A stretch of DNA of 64,000 nucleotides from Callorhinchus milii (lineage: Eukaryota), in NCBI RefSeq assembly GCF_018977255.1, contig NW_024704744.1, forward strand, positions 60,698,001 to 60,762,000, given 5' to 3'. A program made the translations under genes and the position numbers. Within the stretch, counting starts at the first letter, position 1; the number at the start of each line of letters is the position of its first letter. Under the pieces are notes generated by a model. The model was given only the letters and a program-made list of their open reading frames with translations, was not told where the DNA came from and searched no databases. This document shows positions 11,752 to 24,070 of the stretch, one piece after another.

Positions 11752-11852
11752 AAAAACAGAAATCGCTAGGAACACTCAGCAGGTCAGGCAAAATCTATGA
11801 AGAAAGGAAAGTGAGTCAACGTTTCAGGTCCACGACCCTTCGTCAGTTCTGA
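11752..11852 (-). mobile_element. Penelope-like element terminal fragment with hammerhead-type core
   Basis: aaaaacagaaatcgctaggaacactcagcaggtcaggc...aacgtttcaggtccacgacccttcgtcag resembles recalled shark Penelope ends. The minus strand reads CTGACGA-stem-GAAACGTT. Confidence 0.6.
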
Positions 11853-12616
11853 GATTCATATTCAAAATTGGAAAGAACCAAGAAAATCCAGTACTTCAAG
11901 GGTCAGTCATGTTCTTCCCCACCCATGGTTGTCAGTGATTGACATACTTTTTTAACGTTAAAGCTATAATTTATACATAGTCTTTGTTTGTCAAGAAAGC
12001 CTGGCTTAGGCACCCGCGCGCACACACAGATTCGGCAAGGCAGAGTTCACTATAGGGGGCTGATTAAATTATATCAACGTCCAACAGCTAAACTAACAAA
12101 TCCAATAACTGCCCTCCATTTACTGGCACACATCTTAATTAGGTTTTAATACAGCAAAGCTGATAACTACCCTTGGCCAAACAAAGCGTTGTTGTTATTC
12201 CTGAAAGCACAGTGCACGGCTCCACCTCCTCTATACAGCAGCAGCCTCCCTGCTGACCTTTGTCAAAGGACCCCATCTGGTGGTTCCCACGCTAACTGAA
12301 GGCTACAAGTCAAATTACGCACCAAATAGAAAGGAAAGATCTGACCAAATGAAAGACATTGTAAATTTGGTAACAAATCAGGTAATAAAGGCATAGTTGC
12401 AAAATGTCAGGACACAGATTAATAAGGAGCAACGCTGCACTAAATAAAATGTGCCTGCCAAATAACGAATGGAAAATGACCAAAGGAACGTATAGTCAGA
12501 GAGCGAATCCATTGTATAAATGTCTCCCAAAAACAAAATACCTGGGACTGTCATACTGCAGCATTCATATTCTGAAGGTGTTCCGAAAAATCTCACTTTT
12601 ATCATAATAATTCATT

Positions 12617-13152
12617 GGAATCCTGTAGTGTATTGGTTAGAGCACTCACCTCACAAGCCAGAGGACCTGGGTTCGATTCCCTGCTAGGGTGAAACCTTAG
12701 GCAAGTTTCCTTGCTCCACACACCTCTGTTTAGCTAGCAGCAAGTAGGAACCTGGTTGTTAATCGATTAGCCTTCAGCTCCCCTCTCGACTCTCTACCCC
12801 CTTCTCGCTCCCTCCCTTCCCTCCCCTCACCCTGACCATTTCCCCCCTGCTCGGGTCCTGACCCAACTGTCCAGCGCCTTGGGACGTCCTCCTGACGTGA
12901 AAGGCGCTCTACAAATGAAATCTTGTTGTTGTTGTTAGCGGATCGCTTTCTGGGGATAATAATCTCTTCAAAAAAAATTGGTCACTCAATCCACGACTGT
13001 TTGTGGGACACTGCTGTGTGCAATTGGCTGCTGCGTTTCGTACCCACAAAATATACAGTCAATTCACTTTACAGTATATTCTGCGAAGTGCTTTGAGATG
13101 TCTCATCGAGGTGATAAGGTGCTGTATCAAATGCAAGGATTTTTATTATTAA
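12617..13152 (+). mobile_element. Long-variant SINE (extended CORE-like segment) with nested L2 3' end at 12772-12934
   Basis: tRNA head with GGTTCGATTCC, then gcaagtttccttgctccacacacctctgtttagctagcagcaagtagg, a Deu-like part and tail. The L2 insert ends in (TTG)n and is flanked by a TTAGC duplication. Confidence 0.85.
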
Positions 13153-15173
13153 TTTGGTTAGGAAGTCAGGTAGAAATTAAATTCAGAACGGCTAACTGCA
13201 TAGACTGCACACATAGTCTATTAAAGCTTTTTAAGCAGCTAGTTCTGTTTGAGCTGAATGCAATTATTGCTGATGAAATTTTACAGTGTTAATCTTAAAA
13301 ATGTCTTTAATTCCGCAGACTAAAATGGCTCATGAGTTTCAGATATAAAATGCTGAACTGTTATTCAGCATTCAGTTATTGTAGAAATAAATGATCTTTG
13401 AACAAACTGTTAGCTAGACAGCTGACAGGAATTCAGAGTTGGAATATAAATTAAGTACAATTTAAACAAGCGGTTTTGGATTGCAGATAAGGTTAGGTTA
13501 GCATTAAAATATATATGAACTGATTGCCCTTAATTTCAATTTGCTATCAATAATCCCTTGGAAAGGGGACTGCCCCTGTGAACAATTGAAAACAAATAAT
13601 TAAGGTTGATCGAAGCCAAAGTAAGTAAATGCATATACTCTATCTGAAGGGGAGTAAATTTAATTGGTCATACAACCACCAAATCTGTTTATTTTTTGAC
13701 AGGGATCACAATGTACTTTACATTAATATTGTACAACATTTAGTAATAAAACAAACCCTTTTCTGGCTTTTTTTCCCTCCCTGATCCCAACTGAAATTGC
13801 TCCAACAATTATAATTTTTATTAAATGTAGCAATATCGAATATGGACAAGATGCTGCAAACACAATGGCACCCTATCATCCAATCTATGACTAGTTTAAG
13901 GAATGTTAATCTATGGTTAGAGAGAAAAGTCCCGGGGTGGGGAATCATAATGTTTCAACCACTGCTTGCTGGTACCAGTTTGTTACTGAGCTCTCTTTCT
14001 GACCCGACAACAAAACAAATCCCATGGATTATTCACTTTCCTGATAATTGGTAAGGCGGATAGATTGGGGTGTGGATAATTGAGGTTCCCCTGCAGTGTA
14101 AACTGGCAAGGGGATTAGAGTCAGGAAAATCAGTCCACCGTGGCATTATGCAAATCGCATTGTAGTCAGTTTTGCGTGCATGCTGTTTAGGTTGCCTGTC
14201 CTCTTAATAGTTGTCCTGTCCTGCAATGTAAACCAGGCAGTTTCAAATTAATCTGGAATATTTATTTTGGAAAGAGTTAAAAGGGAATAATATTTGGTGG
14301 GGAAGTTTTCAGGGAAGCAGGCTCACCACTGGCGTTTTATCAAAATGTTCCCTCACGTGTAATTTTAAACATGTTTCTGGACAAGGAACAGAGCAGGAAA
14401 AAGAGTGGAAACCCTCCAATTGTGATACTACTGTATATTGCTAACTAATACGTACCATCTTTCATAATTTTGTCACAGTTAATAATGAAAAGGCACAGCC
14501 TTTCCCGATCACATTTGCTCCCACATCAAAAATTCCTGCATCTTCAGTGAGAGAACTGGAGAAAATAGCCTGGAATTTATATGAAGAGCATTCCCCCCCC
14601 ACCCGAGTAATTGTAAGCAACATTTTAGTGTCTGGTGTCAGGGAGCCTTGGATGACTTTCAAATGTAAAGAACATCTAAGATAAACCTCCGATGATATGT
14701 ATTTCTCCGAGCCAAGGGGAACAATTTAAGTCAAACAAGGCACTGACTTGTCCTGAAGATTGCTGGTTGGTGCTGAAATGCTCAGAAAAAAAAGCCTGAA
14801 ATTTCTGACTGTTTTATCAGACGGGACAAAACGTAAACCTTTACCTTTTACTTTTTTGGGGGCGCGGGGGGGTTAGCTTAGCCGGATGTCTGACACACGT
14901 GGAAATCTTTTTCAAAAATATTAAGGAGGGAACTTTAGGTTGAAAGTATATTTACCATCTTTAATGCTAAGAAACTTCAGACACCATCGATACTAGTAAG
15001 TGGAGGAGGAAGAAGTTGAACTGAAACATCTCGGAGCGCCAGTGTAAAATGCTATCCAAAGTAATTAACATTTTCACAAGAGTGCACCATGGCATCTCTG
15101 TGCTGACTGATTCGCGATGGCAGAAGAAACTGGGAGGCTCCAGGGTGAACAAGAGACACACAAAGCCAGCCTT

Positions 15174-16087
15174 GGTGTGTGTGTGTGTGTGTGTGGGTGG
15201 GTGGTGTGTGTGTGTGGGTGGTGTGTTTGTGTGTGTGGGTGGGTGGTGTGTGTGTGAGTGTGTGTGGGTGGGTGGTGTGTGTGTGTGGGTGGGTGGGTGG
15301 TGTGTGTGTGTGGGTGGTGTGTTTGTGTGTGTGGGTGGGTGGTGTGTGTGTGAGTGTGTGTGGGTGGGTGGTGTGTGTGTGTGGGTGGGTGGGTGGTGTG
15401 TGTGTGTGTGTGGGTGGGTGGTGTGTGTGTGTGGGTGGTGTGTTGTGTGGTGGGTGGGTGGTGTGTGTGTGAGTGTTGGTGTGTGTGTGTGGGTGGTGTG
15501 TTTGTGTGTGTGGGTGGGTGGTGTGTGTGTGAGTGTCTGTGTGTGTGTGTGGGTGGTGTGTTTGTGTGTGTGGGTGGGTGGTGTGTGTGTGAGTGTCTGT
15601 GTGTGTGTGTGGGTGGGTGGTATGTGTGTGTGTGATGTGTGGGTGGTGTGTGTGTGTGTGGGTGGGTGGTGTGTGGGNNNNNNNNNNNNNNNNNNNNNNN
15701 NNNNNNNNNNNNNNNNNNNNNNNNNNNNNNNNNNNNNNNNNNNNNNNNNNNNNNNNNNNNNNNNNNNNNNNNNNNNNNNNNNNNNNNNNNNNNNNNNNNN
15801 NNNNNNNNNNNNNNNNNNNNNNNNNNNNNNNNNGTGGTGGGTGGGTGTGTATGTGGGTGGGTGGGTGGTGGGTGGGTGTGTATGTGGGTGGGTGGGTGGT
15901 GTGTGGGTGTGTATGTGTGTGTGTGGTGTGTGGGTATGTATGTGGGTGGGTGGTGTGTGGGTGTGTATGTGGGTGGGTGGGTGGTGTGTGGGTGTGTGTG
16001 TGTGTGTGGTGTGTGGGTATGTATGTGGGTGGGTGGGTGGTGTGTAGGTGTGTGTGTGTGGGTGGCGTGTGGGTGTGTATGTGGGTG
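15174..16087. repeat. Compound (GT)n/(GGGT)n microsatellite array
   Basis: Directly visible. It generates the spurious V/C/G/W-rich and H/T/P-rich ORFs. Confidence 0.98.
15678..15833. other. Assembly gap (156 N)
   Basis: Run of N inside the GT-rich array. Confidence 1.
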
Positions 16088-17874
16088 CAGCCCTGAAATG
16101 TGATGGGATCCCTTCTGTCTCAGTACAAAACAGAAACTGGTTTAACCCTTTCTCTCCTCTCCAACTTTCAAAGTTCTTCTGAATCTCCAAATTTACAAAG
16201 ATTTACAAAAAAAATTAACCCCCAAAAATTCAAAGGCTTACAAAACACAATGAAGGTTTGAGAAGCCTACAATACAGCAGAGCACTGATAATCACCATCG
16301 CTGGATTCTTACTGTGCCATGAAGTTAAGGGCTTTAGTGTCATTACCACGGGGCGAGATCCAGGTTCCAGTTTTTACTAATTTATGTTTGTATCCAATTT
16401 GTATTTTGTTCAAATACTTTGTTTTCTTTATTAGGAATACTGTTAAGTGAGATTTCTTTGCATTTCAATGTTGTCCACAAAATGTAGGTATGAACAGACC
16501 TTCCGGATGAGATTAATAATGATTAGTACAACTGTCTGCAGATGTTTGGGGGCTGCAGTCAGACAACATGAATTTGAAATCTTTGATGTGCCTGTCTCCT
16601 TTTTGTTTCTGTGGAGAGTGAAAAGCCTGTTCCTGGGCGCATCACCAGTGTGACAAAGTTTCCTTTTTAAAAAAAATAGTGATTTAGACACCGCCCTTTC
16701 AGCAATTGCATGTTTTTTCCCTTGCTTTGTATTCCCCAGGGCTGTGCACTAATCCCTTAAGGTAAGACAGACCAGCAGTGTGCTCCCTGCCCTCTACTAA
16801 TGCTGTTTACGCTGTCATATCGGGAATCTCAGTGGTACAACTGTACCTCACTTCATACTACACCATACTGATAGCCAGACCTGTAGGTGTAGTGCTTGTT
16901 AATAACTTGCTTGTTTCATTAAAATAATAATAATAATGTTCTTTTAAGGTAGATTATGGGAGTCTGGAGAAAGAAAGGCAGAAGATAAATTATACTGTTA
17001 GAGTACTAATAAAATCAATCTCGAATGTTGTTCAGTTAAAGATTGAAAAAGTATAAGCGTGAACAGGATGAGAAGAAAAAAATTGGAAAGAATGACAAGG
17101 CAAGAACAGAATTTTTAAAAAAAATTATTTTGTTAAAAATGTTTTTTATACTGCCTTTCATGTCTGGAGTATGTCCCAAGGTGTTGGACCATCGGGGTTT
17201 CAAACCCGAATCTTTCCTATACATAAAACAGCTGTTGATACACAACTATTTTTTAAATGTAAATCCATCATTAGGATTCATTTATTTCTACATATAGAAC
17301 CTAAAAATGCAAGCACTTTGGAGACCATTTGGCCCATAGTTACATTTTTCAGCTTATTTTTTAAAAAACATACAACTATCTTAACTTTGACTTCAGAAGT
17401 AATAGTTCAGAGAAGTAAATACCTCAACATAAAATATTTACACAATCCTTATCATTACCAAAGTGGCTTTTACAGCAGATGTGCAAGTCCCATGGATATT
17501 ACCTATAACCTAATTTACTGGTTTAGGAAAGATGCTTTCAAAAAAAAATCTGCTCAGTTGATGTTGTTACAATATTAGATGACTAACATTTCTAAGCACT
17601 GAATTCTAGGAGGAATCTGCTGAAAATGCTGTGTTTGCTGTGATTCATACTGTTGTAAAAGTCACTATTGCAACAGATGGAGCCCTTTATTTTTATCTCG
17701 GTTTTCAACGCCATCCATAATCAGGTTTGCCAAATCCAGACAGTATAAATTAGTTTTAAATTCTCTGAATGGTTTCTGAGGGGTCAGCATCAAAAATTAT
17801 ATTTCAGATTTCTGAACACTCAATGTTTGTTATAACTGCTAAGCTCCTTAATTCCTTTCAGAAAAAAACTCAAT

Positions 17875-18190
17875 TCAGGCTCAGTTGCTAGAGGATTGAC
17901 GAATGTGAAATGGAACCAAACGGGCCAGAGAGATATCAAATTTGATCGCGAGTCTGTGCTGAGCTCGCTGATCTCAGCCGGTGCCAGAGGAGGAGTGCTA
18001 TAATGGGCCTAAGTCAGGGACAGGAAATCAGCCATGTTCTTGCTCCTGCTCCCTATCCAGTGACATGGAAATATTGAGTGAGAACAGGATTGGCTTTGGT
18101 GCTTCCCATAGTTTAATAACCTTTCAGACACTCACTCACTTCTAGCCCTTGCATGAATAATGGTCATTTGGATGAAGTTCTAGAAAGTAC
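17875..18190 (+). mobile_element. Ancient SINE-like element, second family (AmnSINE2-like by recollection)
   Basis: gtctgtgctgagctcgctgatctcagcc...gaaatcagccatgttcttgctcctg..ctatccagtgac...catgaataatggtcatttggatga. Related diverged copies lie at ~19230-19355 (-) and ~26500-26750 (+). Confidence 0.55.
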
Positions 18191-18345
18191 AAGTGGAATT
18201 AGACATGTGACAGAACTTTCAGAGGAGGAGGTGGATAAATAGAGGAAATTCAGTGAAAGTCTAATAATAAAAAATGTCAATGGTTAGCAAGATCAATCAT
18301 TACAAACTTGGAAATAGGTAACACTTCATATTGCTGTATCTATCA

Positions 18346-18665
18346 TCTATACTAATAAAGACATAATGTCTGTGTGTCTGTCTGTCCGTCAGCCAAGAAC
18401 TGAATAACCGATTGACATAGAGACATGATTTAGACCTCATCGGAAAGGTCTTGCATCAGGGAGTGTCAAGGGCATTTTTTTGGGGGTATCTCCTATCGTT
18501 GAGAGGCTATGACCTAAACAAGCTCATCACACATGCATGGCAGTTTTCCTTAAGGTGTGCATACAAGGTTTATACCATGTAAAATGGTTTGTGAGCGGTA
18601 TCACTGAAATCTACATTCTATTTTGGATCACTGGTTGCAAGCGTAGCTGCAACGGGTGCAGGTAG
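18346..18665 (+). mobile_element. Non-autonomous Helitron (~320 bp)
   Basis: A|TCTATACTAATAAA 5' end, (GTCT/GTGT) microsatellite near the 5' end, subterminal hairpin GTTGCA-agcgtagc-TGCAAC (18634-18653), and 3' end GTAG|T (one change from CTAG). It sits in an A/T target with no TSD. Confidence 0.72.
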
Positions 18666-19373
18666 TATGTGATAATATGCAACTTCTTTTAGAACATTTT
18701 TAAAAAGATAATTTCCCTTCATATTTGCTCATTAATTCCACCCTCTCCTTGGGGGGGGGTGAAATCTCGACACTGTTCCCTGCCCATTGGGAAGGGAAGC
18801 TCCCAGACCTCTACCTCATTACTCAATTCCAGTTGTTTAATGATACATGAGAGATGGCTAGGCAGACTTGCCCTTTGACATATTTTCTCCTCCTATGGGG
18901 AAATAGTTGGTCTTTGCTGAAGTGGGTCAACGGAAACCAAGAATTCATTGTGCGGGGAAATCACAATTATAAACCTGTGTGCTGTTGCTCCATGGCACAG
19001 CGCACTGGTATGAAAACAATACCACAGGGTGCCTTCATCTTTCCTCATCTTGAGGGGACCAAAATCTATTTTACAATATTTTGTAATACTGAAGTTCCTT
19101 CCCACATCTGGAATATCTCCCAGTGCAACTTGGCTTGCTTTGCCTTGCTTTTCTCTCCTGATTTCTTCTCCTCCCTTCTTCTGAAGGCATTCACTCCTAC
19201 TTTGCTTCCACTAGAATGAATGTTCCATATACAATGGTCACCCACTGTTTGGTATCTCACCCAAATTGCCATTATTCACGTGTGAGTCTTGACTGGGAAT
19301 GCCAACAACTGAGTCGATGTATGAAAGATATCAATGTCATCTATCCTCACCCCAAATCCCCATACAAGCAGAA

Positions 19374-19592
19374 ATAATAATAATCCTTGCATTTTATATT
19401 AGCGCTTCATAGAATATACTGTAAAGTGTAGTGACTGTGTATTTTGTGGGCAAAACATGGTAGCCAATTGCACACAACAGTGTCCCACAAACAGTAGTGG
19501 ATTGAAAGACCAAATTATCATCATTTAATTATTTATTTTTGAAGTGATTTTTGATTTTTACCACCGGAAAGCGATCTGCCAATCGACTAACA
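19374..19592 (-). mobile_element. SINE 3' half (long variant)
   Basis: aataatccttgcattttatat...gtcccacaaacagtagtggattga...ggaaagcgatctgccaatcgactaac is the reverse complement of the 12617 family. Confidence 0.8.
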
Positions 19593-22500
19593 AAAAAAAA
19601 CTTAAAAAAAAGACTAACAGCTTCAAGTAAGAGTCTTTCGATAGCGATCAGGAGCAAGAACCCTCAAAATGTTATTGTCCCTAAACTTTTAAACAGGGTA
19701 TCAATTCTAGATCACCAACTGCTGCCTCCTGCACATGACTCAGGCATCGACTGGATGAATTCACTGAGCCATCTGTAAAACTCCACCCCCGCACTCCCCC
19801 GACTTAACTGAGAGGACCTTCAGAATATTCAACCTTACCTCCTACATCATTCTGCTTTGACCCACAGCCAAAAGTGTGACATTTTCGTGATCCTAACAGT
19901 TCAGGAACTATATGCAAGGAAAGAGTTAAATGTGCTATGAGGGGCAGGACAGCAAAAGACTTGTTGGTGCACAATCAGAATTGGGGAAGAATAACATATT
20001 TTCGCCCATAAAATACATCCGCAAAATAAAGTCAATATATTCTGCGAAGCACTTTGACACGCCTCAATGACATGATATATCAAATGCAAGGATTATTATT
20101 ATTAGTTCAATCAGAGTTTATTTTATTGAAGATTAAATCGCCAGGGCAAATTTGTTGTTGTTATTTGCCGAAGAGCCATTTTAAGGTCCAAGGGTTTTCT
20201 GAAGGTGGGTAAATTTGGCTTGCAAAAACATACAGAATATCCATCATAAACTCACCCCCCCAAGTTTCATAAATGTAACAACTTAAGGAGAGAATTCCTT
20301 CCTCCTCAAGTCTTTTGGCTCTTTGGGACCTAAGCTCGTATACACTTGTTTTCAAGCACTGCAATACCAAGTTTATCGGCAAGCCTTCCCCGCCAACTGT
20401 CTTCACAATGTTGATCTCAGATTCCTAGTGGGAAAAAAAGTCACTTGCCTCTTTCAGTTACATGAAAAAAAAATTGAATTAGCTGTCCTTAATATTAAAA
20501 AAATTTTTAGCAAAAGATTAACAGTTGACAGAAGAAACAATCGATTGGTTCAGTCCCTAGTATCTCTAAGTCAAGGGTAATGCCTATAAAAAGAAGACTG
20601 TACTGCTGAGTATTGAAGAAAACATGCAATGAAAGTGGCATTTGTTTCCTTGACACATAGTTAAATAATACGCACAACTTTAAGCACGTATTGCCACAGG
20701 ATATACGGTCAATTTGCTTTACAGTATATTTTGTGAAGTGCTTTGAGATGTCTCGAAGACATGATAAGGCTCTATATCAAACGCAAGAATTATTATTATT
20801 AACTTGCGTAATTATATATCTCTAGGTGTCTGTAACTACAAACTAACACTATTCTATCTCCTCTGCAGTAAGAGCAGGAGAGACGCTGGAGTTTCAATGG
20901 GAGCCACAGTTACAATTGCACCCATGTGATGTGCAAAACTAAACTTTCATAGGAAAATTACTAACCAAAAAACTAACAAAGCATTTTGAATGGGACATAC
21001 CATTATATAAAATGTATCACATCTGCAATATTTAGATTAATACATCTCTACCAAAATACATAAGTACAGACAACCCTCCTTCTGCATGGCATTGTATTTG
21101 CAACTCTTAAAGGAGTGCAGTACCCTTCTGACCCAACTGAACAAAATGCTTGTGAGTGGTATTAATTCATTTAAATAAAATCAATTTATTTTTTAACTAT
21201 TCCTTGATTGTATACTTTTTTAAGCTTTAACTTTAATTTGATATTAGATTTTTTTCTCAAAAATCATTTTTGACAGGTTACAGGGGATATTATGTGCATA
21301 TCTTTTATTGAAAAATCTTATCAATTCTTCAATGGTTAATTAAGGCAAATAATACAAAACTGATAGCAGAACAAACGTCCATGACAGAAAACAGGATACT
21401 ACCAAGTAATGAACAACAACAACAAAATTACATTTGTATAGCGCCTTTCACGTCGGGAGATAACAAAATATAAGAATATCATTCCATGGTCTGAAGGTCA
21501 TGATATTTACAAGTTATAGTAACAATTTCAATGAACAAACTGGGCATCACTAACAAGAAAGACCTTTCATGGCACGATATCATGAAAATTGAATGTGGAA
21601 GCTGAAATACTTCATGTATACTGGAGAATGATGCAGGGAAATCTATCTGATGTATTATAAAATTATTACTGTACTACAAATTTTGGTAAGTGGCACCAAG
21701 CAAGGGTGAAGCTTGCTTTGTAATGTCATTTATCTGGAAAAATGAAATTCCTTTAAATATTTCCATTCCAGTTATTACAACTAAAGTCAAATTTACTGAA
21801 AATGACAAAATTACCCAAAAGAAATGGAAAACCAAAAGAAAAACAATGTATTTTTCACAACCGGCGTAGTAAATGCTTAGATTTCACAAGGCATGAAGGT
21901 AATTCCAGATAAAGTTAATTAATCTTTTGCTATAATACAGGTCTATTACATTTAACAAAATGAATTCACTGTTAACTGCTGACCTCTTGCTAGATGTTAA
22001 TGGAAAATTACATCAAAGTACTAATACTAATTTCTTGCACATTTCAAAAGTTTCCCTGTAGTTTTCTCTTAGGTAAAATAATAACAGAACCAGATGAAAC
22101 AGCACTCGCCTCGGGCTCATTGACTCTCCAACAGCGGTAAGGCTGTTATAGCTATGAGTGCCATTTGTTCCATTACACAATCTCCTGAAGCCTTTTGCAG
22201 AGAGCTAAAACAACTGCCTGTACCAAAACGACACATGGCTCTCCATTCTGACTCTTTGCTAATCCAGACGCTCTAACCATCTTTCTTTAAGTTGCCATAT
22301 GGTTGGCAGAAGCCTGTAGATTTAGCAGCACATCTGCTTGTAGATTACTTTTTTCCTTAAAGGAGCGCAGCTTTTTTTTAAACGTGTGAACAATGAAGAT
22401 GAGAATGTGTTACGGAAAATATTTTGACAGAAAAATACTGAAGAAATCTCACAACAGAAGTACAAAGTAAAATAAGAAATATTTTACAAATTAATCTATG

Positions 22501-23027
22501 AGATAATACAAACTAGCAGGCTAAATTTTTAGTGCAGTTTCATTTTCATAGAATATTCTGGCTCAAAGTTTGTCAAAGATAAAGTGGTGCGACATAAACT
22601 GTTGTTTGACTTATTCATGCTGTATATATATGCTGTATATATATATATACTGTATATATATAAATATATATAAACGGCACAAAATTACATTGACTACCAT
22701 GCAGTGATGTAGAATAACTAACTCTCATCTTGAAAACCTAATGTTTCAAGAATTTTATTTCTCGTATTGGAATGTTTCACACACCTCTGTAAAGAATTAT
22801 ATTCACTTAGATTTTGCCAATGCAACAAAATATTCTTGTAGAAAATAATGTTTACTGCTGTATTTATGTGTAAAGACTGTTGCAGTTCAGCATTTTTACA
22901 TTGGCTGCTGAGAACCCTAGAGAAGATCAAGAAAAAAAAGGAAAAAACTAATATTGAATTTGCTGTATTTAATGTCAATTAAATATTCAGCGCAGTTAAC
23001 AACGTCTTAACTTCATTTTAATATCAG

Positions 23028-23213
23028 TCTCCCTAGGAAGACGGTGGAAGCAGAATGTGTTGATTCTTTCAAAAGCAAATTAGACGAAATAATATCTTGG
23101 GATACAGTATGTAGTTTGAGACATGACATGTGCATGCGACTGCCAGGATAGCAGAAGGTGAACTGGATGGACCTTTGGCCTTTTTTCGTCTAGCAATTCT
23201 TATGTTCCTATGT
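23028..23213 (+). mobile_element. CR1 LINE 3' end
   Basis: ctccctaggaagacggtggaagcag...gaaggtgaactggatggacc...cgtctagcaattcttatgttcctatg. The same tail occurs at 47860-47907 and 49990-50056. Confidence 0.85.
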
Positions 23214-23374
23214 AATATACTCTGAATACCCTAGGTTTAAAAGACAGGTTAATTTTGCTGAATGTTTCAATGAGCAAGCTCTTATCATAAAAGTAAACAC
23301 CTACAAAACCTCTGCATGGTAATTGAACTTCTCTTTGGTAGATGCGTATGTACACGGTGACGGTGACCAAAATC

Positions 23375-24070
23375 AACAACAAAATTACGTTTGTAATGCA
23401 CCTTTCATGTTGGGAGGATGTCCCAAGTTGCTGAACAGTCAGGGATCAGGACCTGAGCGTGGGGGGGCGGGGGGTAGGGTTTGGATAGAAGGGTAGAGAG
23501 AAGGCACGGTCGAATGGGAGGGTCTTGAGTCGTGCTTTGAAGGAGGCAAGAGAGGGAGCAAGGTGAAGGGATTGTGGGATGGAGTTCCAAAGAGAGGCTG
23601 AAAGCCTGGTCATTGATGGTGGGGTGGAAGACATGGAGCAGGTTGGAGGCCAATGAACGGAGGGAGCGGACAGGTTGATAGGGGGTGAGCAGGTGAGAGA
23701 TGTAGGAGGTAGAAAGGCCACGGAGGGCCTTTTAAGTGAGGATGAGGATTTTGAATTCTATCCTCTGAGGGACGGGGAGCCAGTGGAGTCAGGCGAGGGT
23801 GGGGGTGATGGGGTCACAGAGCCTGGTGCAGGAGAGGATACGAGCTGCAGAGTTCTAGATGATCTGCAGCTTTTGGAGGGAAGAGTTGGGGAGGTCGACA
23901 AGGGGGTAGTTTCAGTAGTTGACGAATACGTATACGAGGGTTTCGGTGGCCTGAGGGGTGAGGCAGTGACGGAGTTGGGCAATGTTGCAGAGGTGGGGGA
24001 AGGTAGAGTGGGTCATGGCATGGATATGGTAGAGAGAGGACAGTTGAGGATCAAACAAGACTCCCAGATC
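23375..24070 (-). mobile_element. L2 LINE 3' fragment (~700 bp)
   Basis: (AAC)n tail. The minus frame gives LWNSIPQSL..APSLASFKARLKTLPFDRAF, with upstream remnants of HITPTL.xLHWLPV..RIEFKIL. Confidence 0.88.

Noticed and set aside
14967-16190. Longest ORFs in the track (407 aa, 332 aa and overlapping ones)
   Set aside because: Artefacts of translating a GT/GGGT microsatellite across an N gap.
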